From NCBI GenBank assembly GCA_963733145.1, contig CAVTCJ010000003.1, forward strand, positions 222,896 to 286,895: DNA of 64,000 nt, in the 5' to 3' direction. Positions 28,963-38,216 of the stretch are shown here, in pieces. Under the pieces are notes generated by a model, which saw only the letters and a list, made by a program, of their open reading frames with translations, had not been told where the DNA came from and searched no databases. The translations under genes were made by a program, and so were the position numbers. Numbering within the stretch: position 1 is the first letter of the stretch; each line of letters opens with the position of its first letter. The stretch comes from an uncultured Planctomycetota bacterium (GTDB taxonomy: Bacteria > Planctomycetota > Planctomycetia > Pirellulales > Thermoguttaceae).

Positions 28963-30576
28963 TCATTTCACATCGTGTAGATCGTCCCAACTCAGTCCGA
29001 AACGGCTGAGATATTTGCGCAGCCGGTCGGCGTCGTTTGGCGACTTCTTGCGTGTGCGAGAGACGTCGTACAGACGACGCCCGGCCTCGGAAAGCGTTTT
29101 CGATTGACGGCAGACGCGAATCGCTTCGGCAAGCTGAACGCCATCGAACCGATCCAACTCAGCCATTCTGTCGGGACCGAGTATCTCGACTAGCAGGCTT
29201 TCGTCTTTGTCTGGCGTCGAGCTTTTCCAGGCGACTTCCAGCCGCCAGATTTCCTCTTCGACCGTCTCGACGTTGATGCGATTGCCGGGAGCAAGGGTTG
29301 CCATTCGCATGACGGCCCCGTTCAGGTCACGGAAGTTTGCCCGCCACGTTGCTGCATCGGAAACGGCAAAATCAAGGAACCGGCGGCGAGCCTCTTTGTT
29401 AAACGTCACCTTGGTCCCGGTTTGGGCCGTGTATTGTTCCAACTCGTAATCCAGATTCGGCTCGATGTCTTCGTGACGCGAGGAAAGACCGGGAAGCCGA
29501 AAGGTCCACAGGTTGATGCGGGAAAGCAGGTCCTCGCGGAATTGTCCGTGGGCCACTTCCGCGGTCAGATCGCGATTGGTCCCGGCTATGAGTTGAAAAT
29601 CGCTTTGCACTTCTCGGTCCGAGCCGACGGGCAGAAATCGCCTTTCTTCGACCGCCCGTAAAAGCATGGCCTGCTCGTCGGCACCAAGTTCGCCAATTTC
29701 ATCGAGAAACAACATGCCGCCGTCGGCAGCCCGCAACAGACCGGGCCGATCGGTCGTGGCGCCGGTAAATGCACCCTTCATGTGGCCGAACAAAGCCGAC
29801 ATCGCCTGATCGCCGCGGACGGTGGCGCAGTTGACCTCGACGAACTGGCCGGCGACTTGCTGCCGTTGCCGCTTGAGTTCGTAGATGCGGCGTGCCAGTT
29901 GCGACTTGCCGGCGCCCGTAGGGCCGGTCAATAGCAACGGCGAGCTGCTGGCGATCACCACGCGCTCGATTCGGTCGATCAGGCGGTTGAAATCGGTATT
30001 GCGGGTGTCGATGCCGGACTTGAGGAACGACGTGGCCTGTTTCTGGTCCAGAGTGAATCGGGTCGCTAGGCGATCATACTTCGACAGGTCCAGGTCGATG
30101 ATCCGATAGGAACCGATCGGGTCTTGCTGATGTCGCCGGGCCGGGGGCGAGCACTGGAGCAGCTTGCCTGGCAAGTGACGCGATTCGGTCAGTAGGAACA
30201 GGCAGATTTGAGCGACGTGCGTGCCCGTGGTGATGTGAACCAGATAGTCTTCGGTCTCGGTGTTGAACGGATAGGCCCGGGCGAAATCATGCAATGCCGC
30301 ATACACCTCCTCAAAGTCCCACGGGTCTTTCATCTGAACCAAGTGGGTGCGGACCTCGGTCTCGGGCGAAACCGAGGTAATGTCGGCGGCAACCAACTGG
30401 GCCAGTTTTTCTTCCTTCGGCCCGTAGAGCAACTCAAAACGGTGAACCAGCAGGTTCTCATGCTGGCAGATCGAGACGCTCGGCCGCCACGAGACCCAGC
30501 GGTCTGCCGTTGTGCCGGCGTCCAATCGAGTGCCAAGCAATCCGACCACGACGTGTTTTGCGTTCTGATTATCCAT
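28963..30576 (-). CDS. rtcR: sigma54-dependent transcriptional regulator RtcR (CARF domain + AAA+ sigma54 activator + HTH)
   Basis: N-terminal CARF-like region; GPTGAGKSQLARRIY Walker A; GAFTGA sigma54-contact motif (KGAFTGATTDRPG); divergent from the rtcB operon. Confidence 0.9.
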   Translation of the reverse strand: MDNQNAKHVVVGLLGTRLDAGTTADRWVSWRPSVSICQHENLLVHRFELLYGPKEEKLAQLVAADITSVSPETEVRTHLVQMKDPWDFEEVYAALHDFARAYPFNTETEDYLVHITTGTHVAQICLFLLTESRHLPGKLLQCSPPARRHQQDPIGSYRIIDLDLSKYDRLATRFTLDQKQATSFLKSGIDTRNTDFNRLIDRIERVVIASSSPLLLTGPTGAGKSQLARRIYELKRQRQQVAGQFVEVNCATVRGDQAMSALFGHMKGAFTGATTDRPGLLRAADGGMLFLDEIGELGADEQAMLLRAVEERRFLPVGSDREVQSDFQLIAGTNRDLTAEVAHGQFREDLLSRINLWTFRLPGLSSRHEDIEPNLDYELEQYTAQTGTKVTFNKEARRRFLDFAVSDAATWRANFRDLNGAVMRMATLAPGNRINVETVEEEIWRLEVAWKSSTPDKDESLLVEILGPDRMAELDRFDGVQLAEAIRVCRQSKTLSEAGRRLYDVSRTRKKSPNDADRLRKYLSRFGLSWDDLHDVK

Positions 30577-30716
30577 TGGTATAAATACCTATCTCGTATT
30601 ATCGCCTATTAAGTATATCTGATCTGCATGGGCGTGCCAGATATCAATGCCGAAATATGCCATAACAGATTACGGCACAACGCTTTGCAGCGTGCTTTGT
30701 TGGGTGTTTCGTGAGT

Positions 30717-30733
30717 CTGGCACGAGGGCTGCT
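30717..30733 (+). promoter_or_regulatory. sigma54 (-24/-12) promoter for the rtc operon
   Basis: cTGGCACGagggCTGCTa fits TGGCACG-N4-TTGCW with correct GG-N10-GC spacing, oriented toward rtcB. Confidence 0.55.
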
Positions 30734-30804
30734 ATAGGATCATGCCAAGAAACAAAGATGCGACGCAAAAAAACACCCCCCGTAACCGATTTTCCGAGAA
30801 AGCA

Positions 30805-30879
30805 GTCCTTGGAGTGTGGCGGACACCATGCACGCAACTCTACGAAGGTTGAGGACCAGGTTCGACTCCTGGCAAGGAC
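30805..30879 (+). ncRNA. tRNA-like module 1 in the rtc operon leader (perfect acceptor and T arms, non-canonical anticodon region)
   Basis: Acceptor GTCCTTG/CAAGGAC, T arm CCAGG-TTCGACT-CCTGG, short D arm GTGT/ACAC; no foldable anticodon stem; no encoded CCA. Confidence 0.4.
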
Positions 30880-30980
30880 ATTTTGGAAGCAAGATGCGGC
30901 AGGACCAACGGCGCGACTCGCCCCGTCCTCCTATGAGGCGGTCGGCGGTGCGCGTTCCGTGCATGGGTTCTGACCGAAAG

Positions 30981-31052
30981 CCGTGTCAACCTGTGGTTAG
31001 CTCAGTGGGTAGAGCACCAGACCAAGAATCTGGCTGTGACGGGTTCGACTCC
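30981..31052 (+). ncRNA. tRNA-like module 2 in the rtc operon leader (canonical D, anticodon-like and T arms; imperfect acceptor stem)
   Basis: GCTC-AGTGGGTA-GAGC D arm, CCAGA-CCAAGAA-TCTGG, ACGGG-TTCGACT-CCCGT T arm; acceptor CTGTGGT vs ACCAACG has 2 mismatches; position 33 is C. Confidence 0.4.
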
Positions 31053-31448
31053 CGTACCAACGTCGCGGGCCGTAAAACAGCCCGCTACCAAGAAAGCCCG
31101 AGGGAGGCGGGCCAACGTGTGATCGGCCATCGGACTGCTGGCATGTCGGCGTTCGACATGCGGCGTCGATGGCAGCATTTCCGAGCGCCATGCAGTGCGT
31201 GGATACCGATTTTGTCAATCCTCGGCCTACCGGCGATGGATGTCCTGCGAGTTGCGATGGGGTTTGCCCCGTTGGCGACAAGCGTCACAAAACCGCCGTG
31301 TCGGCCGAAGGTCCTGCAGAAACTCAAACGGCACTCCGCACTCGTCCGTGTGATCACCGTTGGTTCCGCCGCCCAACGGCGTTGCCAAACAACAATCCAG
31401 TACACAATTGGAATGACGCAATAACGACCGCAGAAAGGAAGGTGCAGA

Positions 31449-32552
31449 ATGTTGACCAAAAGAATCCGTAAATACGAAGTGGGACTCCACTTCCGTGACG
31501 GCGAGTTCCGCGGCCTGCTCGACACTGGGCACCACTGGTTCTTCGATCCGTTGCGCAAGGTTCAAGTGGAGGTTGTCTCGCAGCGCAGTCCGTGGTTGAG
31601 CCATGAAAAGCTCGACGTGATGGTTAAGACCGGCGTTTTGAAGGACCGCGCCGTCGTGCTCGATCTGAAAGACAATCAGCGGGCACTGGTGTGGATCGAC
31701 GGGCGATTCAGTCACATTCTGCCGCCGGGCCTGTATGCCTACTGGACTGCGTTCCGTGACGTGGTTGTCCAAATCGTCGAGGCCGATGCCCAAAACATCC
31801 GCTTCCAACACAAGGATTATCAGGTCATCGTCCGTTCGGCGATGGCCGACCGCGTGTTGGACACCATCGCCGTCGAGCACGGACAAGTCGGTGTGTTGTT
31901 CCAGGACGGCAACTACGTGGAAACCCTGCCGCCCGGAAAGTACGCCTTCTGGAAGAACGTGGCCAAGGTCGCGCTGGTGCCGGTGGACCTGCGCGAAACG
32001 ATGTTGGACATTGGTGGTCAAGAGATCATGACCGCCGACAAGGTCACATTGCGGCTCAATGCGGTTGTCACATTCCGGGTGACGGATGCCCACAAGGCCC
32101 TTAGCACGACCGACGACATTCGCCAGGCGTTGTATCGCGAGGCCCAGTTGGCCTTGCGGGCGGTGATCGGCTCACGCGAACTCGACCAGTTCTTGGCCGA
32201 CAAGGATGTTGTGGCCAAGGAGTTGGAAGTTACGGTTCGCCAGCGAGTAACGTCGTTGGGCTTAGAAGTCGTTTCACTTGGCATCCGCGACGTGATCTTG
32301 CCCGGCGACATGAAGGATTTGATGAACAAGGTTACGGAGGCGAAGAAGGTGGCCGAGGCCAACTTGATCGCCCGCCGTGAGGAAACGGCGGCCATGCGCA
32401 GCCAGGTCAACACGGCAAAGCTGCTGGAAGGCAATCCGACATTGATGCGGCTCCGTGAATTGGAGGTTTTGGAGAAGGTCGCAGCCAACAGCAAGTTGAA
32501 CGTACTGTTGGGCGAAAAGGGCCTCGCCGAGCGAGTTGTCAACCTGCTCTGA
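31449..32552 (+). CDS. SPFH/band-7 domain protein (no N-terminal TM) encoded first in the rtcB operon
   Basis: C-terminal SPFH core (TADKVTLRLNAVVTFRVTD..ALRAVIGSRELDQFL..GLEVVSLGIRDVILP) plus coiled-coil tail; N-terminal duplicated PPG(L/K)YA(Y/F)W beta modules; RBS gaaaggaagg. Confidence 0.85.
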   Translation: MLTKRIRKYEVGLHFRDGEFRGLLDTGHHWFFDPLRKVQVEVVSQRSPWLSHEKLDVMVKTGVLKDRAVVLDLKDNQRALVWIDGRFSHILPPGLYAYWTAFRDVVVQIVEADAQNIRFQHKDYQVIVRSAMADRVLDTIAVEHGQVGVLFQDGNYVETLPPGKYAFWKNVAKVALVPVDLRETMLDIGGQEIMTADKVTLRLNAVVTFRVTDAHKALSTTDDIRQALYREAQLALRAVIGSRELDQFLADKDVVAKELEVTVRQRVTSLGLEVVSLGIRDVILPGDMKDLMNKVTEAKKVAEANLIARREETAAMRSQVNTAKLLEGNPTLMRLRELEVLEKVAANSKLNVLLGEKGLAERVVNLL

Positions 32553-32560
32553 TCGCTGTC

Positions 32561-32604
32561 GGCCCGGAAGACCGGGCGTTGTCCCGGTCTTCCGGTTGCG
32601 GGCC
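32561..32604 (+). other. perfect 13-bp stem-loop between the SPFH gene and rtcB
   Basis: ccggaagaccggg-cgttgt-cccggtcttccgg; no U-tract, so more likely a processing/stability element than a terminator. Confidence 0.4.
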
Positions 32605-32646
32605 AAAACCTAGCAACTATGCTCCGAATGCCTGCTACAAAAGTCG

Positions 32647-34185
32647 GTGCGAATTGATACAATGGTCATAAAAGAAAGCCAAAGACTCAGCATGACTACT
32701 GAAAACAATCTCACACTGATCCCCACTGGCGAAGCCACGGCCATGCTGCCCGTAGGCAACGGCAGGCCGATCACCGTCATCGGCACTAAAGCGATTCACG
32801 CGACGTTTGACGAGCAAACACTTCGGCAGGCCGTCCATTCGCGGCTCGCGCCGGGGGTGACCGACGTGGTACTGAATCCTGACGCCCACGTGGGCTATGG
32901 GGCGCCGATCGGCTGCGTGATGGTCTCGCCGTCGCACATCTATCCCGGTCCGGTCGGGGTGGACATCAAGTGCTCGATGAGCCTGCTGCAATTGAACGTG
33001 CCGGCCGACGCCATCGCTGAGCGACCGATCCGCCGGGCTTTGATCAACGCCATCTGCGATCGCACTCCCACGGGGCCGGGCATGGGACAACGAAACGTGC
33101 CGAAGTCCCGCCGGGTTGATGCCACTCTTGGCCATCAGGTTGTGATTGAAGGTGCCTCGCCTGCTGTGTGCAACGCGCTGGGTATTCCGACCGACTGGGC
33201 CGCGCGGTGCGAAGATGCCTTCCACACCGGACACGACGAAACGCAAGACGCCCTGGCTGATCGTATCGATCACCTGTTGGCCGTCGGCGCCTTCCCGAAG
33301 TTTGCCGAGAAGATCACGCAACTCGGCTCCTACGGCGGCGGGAACCATTTTGGCGAGTGCGAGGTGGTTCAAGTGGCCGACAACCAGCGGGCACGCGAAG
33401 TCGCCAGCGTTTTCGGTCTGATCGATGGCGACGTGGCGTTCCTCTCGCACTGCGGCTCGCGGGGACTCGGCTACAATCTGGCCTCCGGCCAATTCCGCAC
33501 GCTGCAACAGAAGTTCGAGACTTGGAGCATCCCGCTACCCGGCGGAGATCGGGAGTTGGTCTACGCGCCGCTGGGTACGCCCGAGGCGGACGATTACTTG
33601 GACGACATGGCCTTGGGCGGCAACTTCGCCACGGTCAACCATTTGCTGATCAACGCCCTGGTGCTGGAAGCCTTTCAGGAGGTCATCCCCGGCGTCACGG
33701 GGCAGTTGGTCTACTTCATCAGCCACAATATCGCGCGGAAAGAGGTGGTGGACAATCGGCTGGCGTGGGTCCATCGCAAGGGCGCAACCCGGGCGTTTCC
33801 CGCCGGCCATCACGCCCTGAAGAACACGCCGTTTGCCGAAACCGGCCATCCAATCCTCTTGCCTGGCAATCCCCAGGCAGGATCGGTCGTCATGGTGGCC
33901 GACGAAGGTGCGGTGAAAAGCTGCTATAGCGTCAACCACGGCGCCGGCCGCCAAATGGGTCGCAAAGCGGCAATTCGCGAACTCGATCAGAAGGCGATCG
34001 ACAACCAGTTCGACGCGAACGATATTTTGACAAATTGCCGGCAGTATCCCAAGGACGAGGCCCCGGTGGCCTACAAGGATTTCGACGAAGTCGTTCGGTC
34101 AGTCACAGGCGCCGGATTGGCAAGCGAGGTGGCAAGGCTTCGGGCAAAGTTCGTCGTCAAAGACGCAAGCAAGGCCGACGATTGA
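32647..34185 (+). CDS. rtcB: RNA-splicing ligase RtcB
   Basis: Full-length RtcB with metal-binding histidines and the NHGAGR motif region (SVNHGAGRQMGRKAA). Alternative start at MTTENNL (32692). Confidence 0.95.
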   Translation: MRIDTMVIKESQRLSMTTENNLTLIPTGEATAMLPVGNGRPITVIGTKAIHATFDEQTLRQAVHSRLAPGVTDVVLNPDAHVGYGAPIGCVMVSPSHIYPGPVGVDIKCSMSLLQLNVPADAIAERPIRRALINAICDRTPTGPGMGQRNVPKSRRVDATLGHQVVIEGASPAVCNALGIPTDWAARCEDAFHTGHDETQDALADRIDHLLAVGAFPKFAEKITQLGSYGGGNHFGECEVVQVADNQRAREVASVFGLIDGDVAFLSHCGSRGLGYNLASGQFRTLQQKFETWSIPLPGGDRELVYAPLGTPEADDYLDDMALGGNFATVNHLLINALVLEAFQEVIPGVTGQLVYFISHNIARKEVVDNRLAWVHRKGATRAFPAGHHALKNTPFAETGHPILLPGNPQAGSVVMVADEGAVKSCYSVNHGAGRQMGRKAAIRELDQKAIDNQFDANDILTNCRQYPKDEAPVAYKDFDEVVRSVTGAGLASEVARLRAKFVVKDASKADD

Positions 34186-34212
34186 CCTATTTGTCCACAT
34201 ATCGTTTTCAAC

Positions 34213-35256
34213 ATGAAAGAATCTATCCTCACAATCGACGGCTCCCACGGTGAAGGCGGCGGGCAGGTCCTCCGTTCCTCGCTAGCGATGTCCCTGGTCA
34301 CCGGCCGGCCGTTTGTCATCGAGAACATCCGTGCCGGACGTAAGAAGCCGGGACTCATGCGACAGCACCTCACGGCCGTGAATGCTGCCACGGAGGTCAG
34401 CCATGCCGAGGTCGAAGGGGCCGTGATCGGATCGTCGCGGTTGGAGTTTCGGCCGGGCAAGGTCTCCTCCGGCAACTACACGTTCAGTGTGGGCACGGCG
34501 GGCAGCACGACCCTAGTACTACAAACGGTGTTGCCGGCACTGCTCCTGGCCGAGAGCGAGTCGAATCTGATCCTTGAAGGCGGCACTCACAATCCGTTCG
34601 CGCCGCCGTTGGATTTCCTGATGAAGAGCTATCTTCCCTTGGTGAACCGAATGGGGCCAACGGTTGAGACCCAACTGATCCGACCGGGGTTCTATCCGGC
34701 CGGCGGCGGGCAGTTCACTGTCCGCATTCGGCCAACCCAGCAACTTGGGCGGCTGGAACTCACGGAGCGGGGTGAAATCCGGGCCCGCCGTGTCCGGGCG
34801 GTAGTGGCCAATCTGCCCCGCCAGATTGCCGAGCGGGAATATCGCGCCATTGCTCAGAAGACTGGCTGGGATGAAGGATGTTTTTCGGTCGAAGAAGTGC
34901 GCGAATCGCGCGGGCCGGGCAACATCGTTCTCATCGAGTTGGAGTCCGAGCGCATTACCGAAGTATTCACCGGCTTTGGTCAGATCGGCGTGCGGGCCGA
35001 AGCTGTAGCCATGCGTGTGCTCGACGAAGCTCGCGCTTATCTGGCTGCCGGAGTACCGGCTGGCAAGTACCTCGCCGATCAACTGCTGCTTCCTTTGGGG
35101 ATCGGTGCCCATCTAGGCACTGGCGGTGGCGCCTTTCGGACGATGGCACTGTCGCTCCATGCCACGACGCACATCGAGATTCTCCACCGATTCCTCGAAC
35201 TCGATGCCAAAGTCGAGCAAAACGGCCGAGATGACTTTGTTGTCCAGATCGGCTGA
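34213..35256 (+). CDS. rtcA: RNA 3'-terminal phosphate cyclase
   Basis: MKESILTIDGSHGEGGGQVLRSSLAMSLVTGRPFVIENIRAGRKKPGL is the canonical RtcA N-terminus with the adenylated His region; 347 aa. Confidence 0.95.
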   Translation: MKESILTIDGSHGEGGGQVLRSSLAMSLVTGRPFVIENIRAGRKKPGLMRQHLTAVNAATEVSHAEVEGAVIGSSRLEFRPGKVSSGNYTFSVGTAGSTTLVLQTVLPALLLAESESNLILEGGTHNPFAPPLDFLMKSYLPLVNRMGPTVETQLIRPGFYPAGGGQFTVRIRPTQQLGRLELTERGEIRARRVRAVVANLPRQIAEREYRAIAQKTGWDEGCFSVEEVRESRGPGNIVLIELESERITEVFTGFGQIGVRAEAVAMRVLDEARAYLAAGVPAGKYLADQLLLPLGIGAHLGTGGGAFRTMALSLHATTHIEILHRFLELDAKVEQNGRDDFVVQIG

Positions 35257-35689
35257 ATCAGCGCCTCTGACGCAGCGAACGAGTTGAATCCGGGCGTTGC
35301 AAGCGAGACGCCAACGTGGCAATCATCAGGCATGGGCTATTCCGAATCGGTCTCATCCAGGAATTCGCGAAACAACTCGAATTCTGCCTGAGCCTCGATC
35401 CCAAGCTGATCGAGATCGTCGAAATCGATCTCCGGCATGAGGCCCCCGTGCTCGACATACCGTCCCAGAACCTTCCTGGAGGAAACAACCCACCGCGATT
35501 CTTTTGCCTCTTCAGGCAACTCAACCAGATCCGGATCGACAATCGCTGCAACCCCAGACACGGTCATCGAGATTTCTGGAATATGGCAGCTTGGCATCGG
35601 GTCGTTCTCGTAGCCTCCTTGCTCGTGGAGTTGCCGCGGGTCAAACTCGAAGATCACCGCTGTCTTTCCTGCACGAGCAAGCCTGATCC

Positions 35690-35900
35690 AGTTATGGTGG
35701 ATTCGCTCCTCCGGCGCGCGGCACTGGTAATACCCATTATCACCGTTGGGGCTCTTGTGCTCGCCTTGGCGCAAAACTTTGGAGCGTGGGTGGTTGGTTC
35801 GCAGTGGCAAGATGCAATAGCATTTGTTGTTTTGCTGGCGTTTCTGGTTTTCCGACCAGAAGGCGTGATGGGAAAGAAGGTCAGGGAAGCGACTGTGTGA
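35690..35900 (+). pseudogene. 3' fragment of a branched-chain amino-acid ABC permease (LivH/LivM-like C-terminus)
   Basis: IITVGALVLALAQNFGAWVVGSQWQDAIAFVVLLAFLVFRPEGVMGKK matches the LivH C-terminal helix and RPxG motif. Upstream part of the ORF is non-protein-like. Confidence 0.5.
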
Positions 35901-35927
35901 GCAACGATCACTATGGAATACCTTCTA

Positions 35928-36066
35928 CCTAGCGCGGCTTAGCCGCAACCAATTGTGTCTGGTCTTGGGTCTTAGGTCTTGGGTCTTCGTGCCAAGACCT
36001 AAGACCCAAGACCCAAGACCGTCAAAGATTGAGGACGATTTCTCAATCCCAAAAACTAATGGCATA
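35928..36066. repeat. truncated copy (one TIR + hairpin + internal segment) of the 22224-22525 MITE, inverted orientation
   Basis: cctagcgcggcttagccgcaaccaattgtg, followed by the GGTCTTGGGTCTTAGG hairpin and attgaggacgatttctcaat; matches 22375-22521 as reverse complement. Confidence 0.7.
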
Positions 36067-36502
36067 TCCTGATTCTGATCGGCATCCACACTATCTTGGC
36101 GGTAATCTGTCCGGGGGAGAACAGCAGATGCTCGCTTTCGCCCGCGCCCTGGTCGCAAAGCCCAAATTGCTCATGTTGGACGAGCCTTCCCTTGGCCTCT
36201 CCCCTAATCTGGTGCACAGCGTTTTCGATAAGATCGTAGAGAAAAGAGACAACCCTTCCCGATCAATCTGCGTATGTTCTCTAATATTGCCCTTTTCGTC
36301 CACCCCAATTTGTGCCATATTCACCCACGGCGGTATAAACCAGGATACCGGGATAGGCGTTCTTATCGTGGAACAGAAGGTTCGTGAAGTTCTCAGGGTC
36401 TGCAAGCGAGTGTACTCATTGAAGCTGGGAAAGCTGGCCTTCGACGGTACGCCAGAAGAGCTGCAAGACGACAAAGCGAAACTGAAGGAGTTGTTCTTGT
36501 GA
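36065..36502 (+). pseudogene. 3' fragment of a LivF-like branched-chain amino-acid ABC ATPase with internal corruption
   Basis: LSGGEQQMLAFARALVAKPKLLMLDEPSLGLSP (signature + Walker B), then ~40 aa unrelated, then GVLIVEQKVREVL...LGKLAFDGTPEELQDDKAKLKELFL (LivF C-terminus). Walker A absent. Confidence 0.55.
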
Positions 36503-36957
36503 GTGCGGCCCACCATGAATCGCGGTGTGGATGAGAGACTTGGCGTAGCGGTGTCGCCGCCGCGGCAGACCTCCTGTCGGTTGGCGATTGAACTATGGCC
36601 TTTGGAACAGCGTTCCGAAAACCACCGTCGCTGCAACGCCACGCCAGCCGGTGACTCAACGCTTCTTTTTCTTGCCCGTGGCGGTCGTTCGCATTTCGGT
36701 CTGCACCGCTCGCGTATCGGTGATGATTGTCGTCAGGTGTGCCGATCCAGGGAAACTTGACAACCGACGTGACGGGGAAACAAACCCCGAGGAATAGTGA
36801 GACAAACGGCGTTGAACGAGACGATTTCCGAGTGTGTTTTGCGTAGTGCGGCTGACAGCCGATTCGTTCTTTGAAAATTTGCACTAAAAGCGAGTTGACC
36901 GGCTGGCGCCTGCGCGCACCGGCAGCGCGACCGTTGATGGAATGACCGTTGCGCTGC

Positions 36958-37761
36958 TCAGGCCGCCCGCTTGAGCTTGATGATTGGCAAATGCCGGCGG
37001 CCCTTGTGGAAGCTGACCTCCAACGTCAGCTTGGCACCAGGTCTGCCGCGAACAAGTGCCCAGGGTTTGGCACAAGGCGAGCCCCGCGGCCACCGTGGGC
37101 GCGTTTCGTAGCGTGGCTTGCGGTGGGCGGGATGACTGCCGAAGTAAACTTCATTGGGTGTCTTGCCGCCAAGCCATTCGTGCGGTCGGTGTTGGTTGTA
37201 CCACTCGACTATCGCCGAAAGCTCCTGTTGGAACCTTTCTCGGCGATAGGGAATCAACAACAAACAGCCGAGTAGGGTTTTCAGCGTGAGGATGAAGCGT
37301 TCGACCACGGCGATTGAACCATGTTTGCCGATCGCGCCGAAACGCGGTTTCAGTCCTCGGGGGACACGAACTGATTATGAGACAACAGGTAATCCGGTGA
37401 TTGCTTTAACCAGCCAGTACGACGCCGGCAGCCGATACGCCACGATCGAGAGTTCGGCCCAATGTCATAGTTTGGTGCTGGCTGAGAACCCAAGCGGCTT
37501 CATGCTCGCCGAATCCTTCCTGACGTAGCGTTCGTCCGAGCAGGTCGAGGAAAAAGGGGACATTACGGCATAGTCCGCCTTCTTTACGGCGATGCCAAGA
37601 CACACAAACAGAGTCCGCTCGTTGATGAAGAGAATGCACTTGCGGCGTTTTACGGTGAAGATGTTTCCGTACCAGTCCCCGACCGCCGACGGTGCAACGT
37701 CGTCCATTGACGGATCATCAATGCCGGCAAGTAACCTTGACGTGCAACGAATGACTGACAT
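36958..37761 (-). pseudogene. IS3/IS481-family transposase (integrase-core rve domain) remnant in at least two frames
   Basis: WYGNIFTVKRRKCILFINERTLFVCLGIAV (DDE region) in ORF 37465-37761; ERFILTLKTLL...LSAIVEWYNQHRPHEWLGGKTPNEVY (rve C-terminus) in ORF 36958-37308. Confidence 0.6.
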
Positions 37762-37771
37762 AATCGCCGCC

Positions 37772-38191
37772 TCACACCAGGGTGAACGGGCCTCCGTCGC
37801 CGATGAGTTTCAGACATTCATCAACCGTCAGGTCGGCAAAAATGGTATGCCATTTCTCCGTATGCCGGAAATACGCAAGATTGAATTTCCGCTCGCCGGC
37901 ATACTCCAGCCGAGCGAAGCGGACCTCGAAAGTTGGCGCGGTTCTGTTCGGACCAGGGCTTGCCCAGGTGGAACCGAAGTAGAAGAAGCTCCCGTGCCAC
38001 TTCGTCCAGATTTCGATGGGATAGTTGAAATCGGTATCCGCCGGCGGCGCGGTGATGTACCGAGGCATCAACACCCTTTCCACCAGATCGTTGCCCTTGG
38101 TACGCAATTCTTGTTTGAGCGAATCTGGAATCGTGGGCTTATGTTGCCGATCGGGAGCATAACCCCAAACATAGCCGGTCTTTCTTGCCAT
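37772..38191 (-). CDS. hypothetical protein
   Basis: Start at MARKTGYVWGYAPD; Trp/aromatic-rich; no recognised domain; immediately downstream of the HD gene. Confidence 0.4.
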   Translation of the reverse strand: MARKTGYVWGYAPDRQHKPTIPDSLKQELRTKGNDLVERVLMPRYITAPPADTDFNYPIEIWTKWHGSFFYFGSTWASPGPNRTAPTFEVRFARLEYAGERKFNLAYFRHTEKWHTIFADLTVDECLKLIGDGGPFTLV

Positions 38192-38216
38192 TGCCAAACC
38201 CTCCTCCGACCAAAGT

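Noticed and set aside
30981-31053. Canonical tRNA gene (anticodon loop CCAAGAA)
   Set aside because: Acceptor stem has two central mismatches, position 33 is C rather than U, and there is no matching TSD or integrase context. Treated as a tRNA-like module rather than a functional tRNA; needs covariance-model confirmation.
30816-31424. 202-aa plus-strand ORF in the rtc leader
   Set aside because: Overlaps both tRNA-like modules, Arg-rich with no protein-like periodicity; the real first CDS has a clear RBS at 31449.
35337-35810. 157-aa minus-strand ORF with acidic C-terminus (..EIDFDDLDQLGIEAQAEFELFREFLDETDSE)
   Set aside because: The C-terminal 70 aa look protein-like but the N-terminal half is antisense to the livH remnant and non-conserved; could be a real small acidic protein, insufficient evidence.
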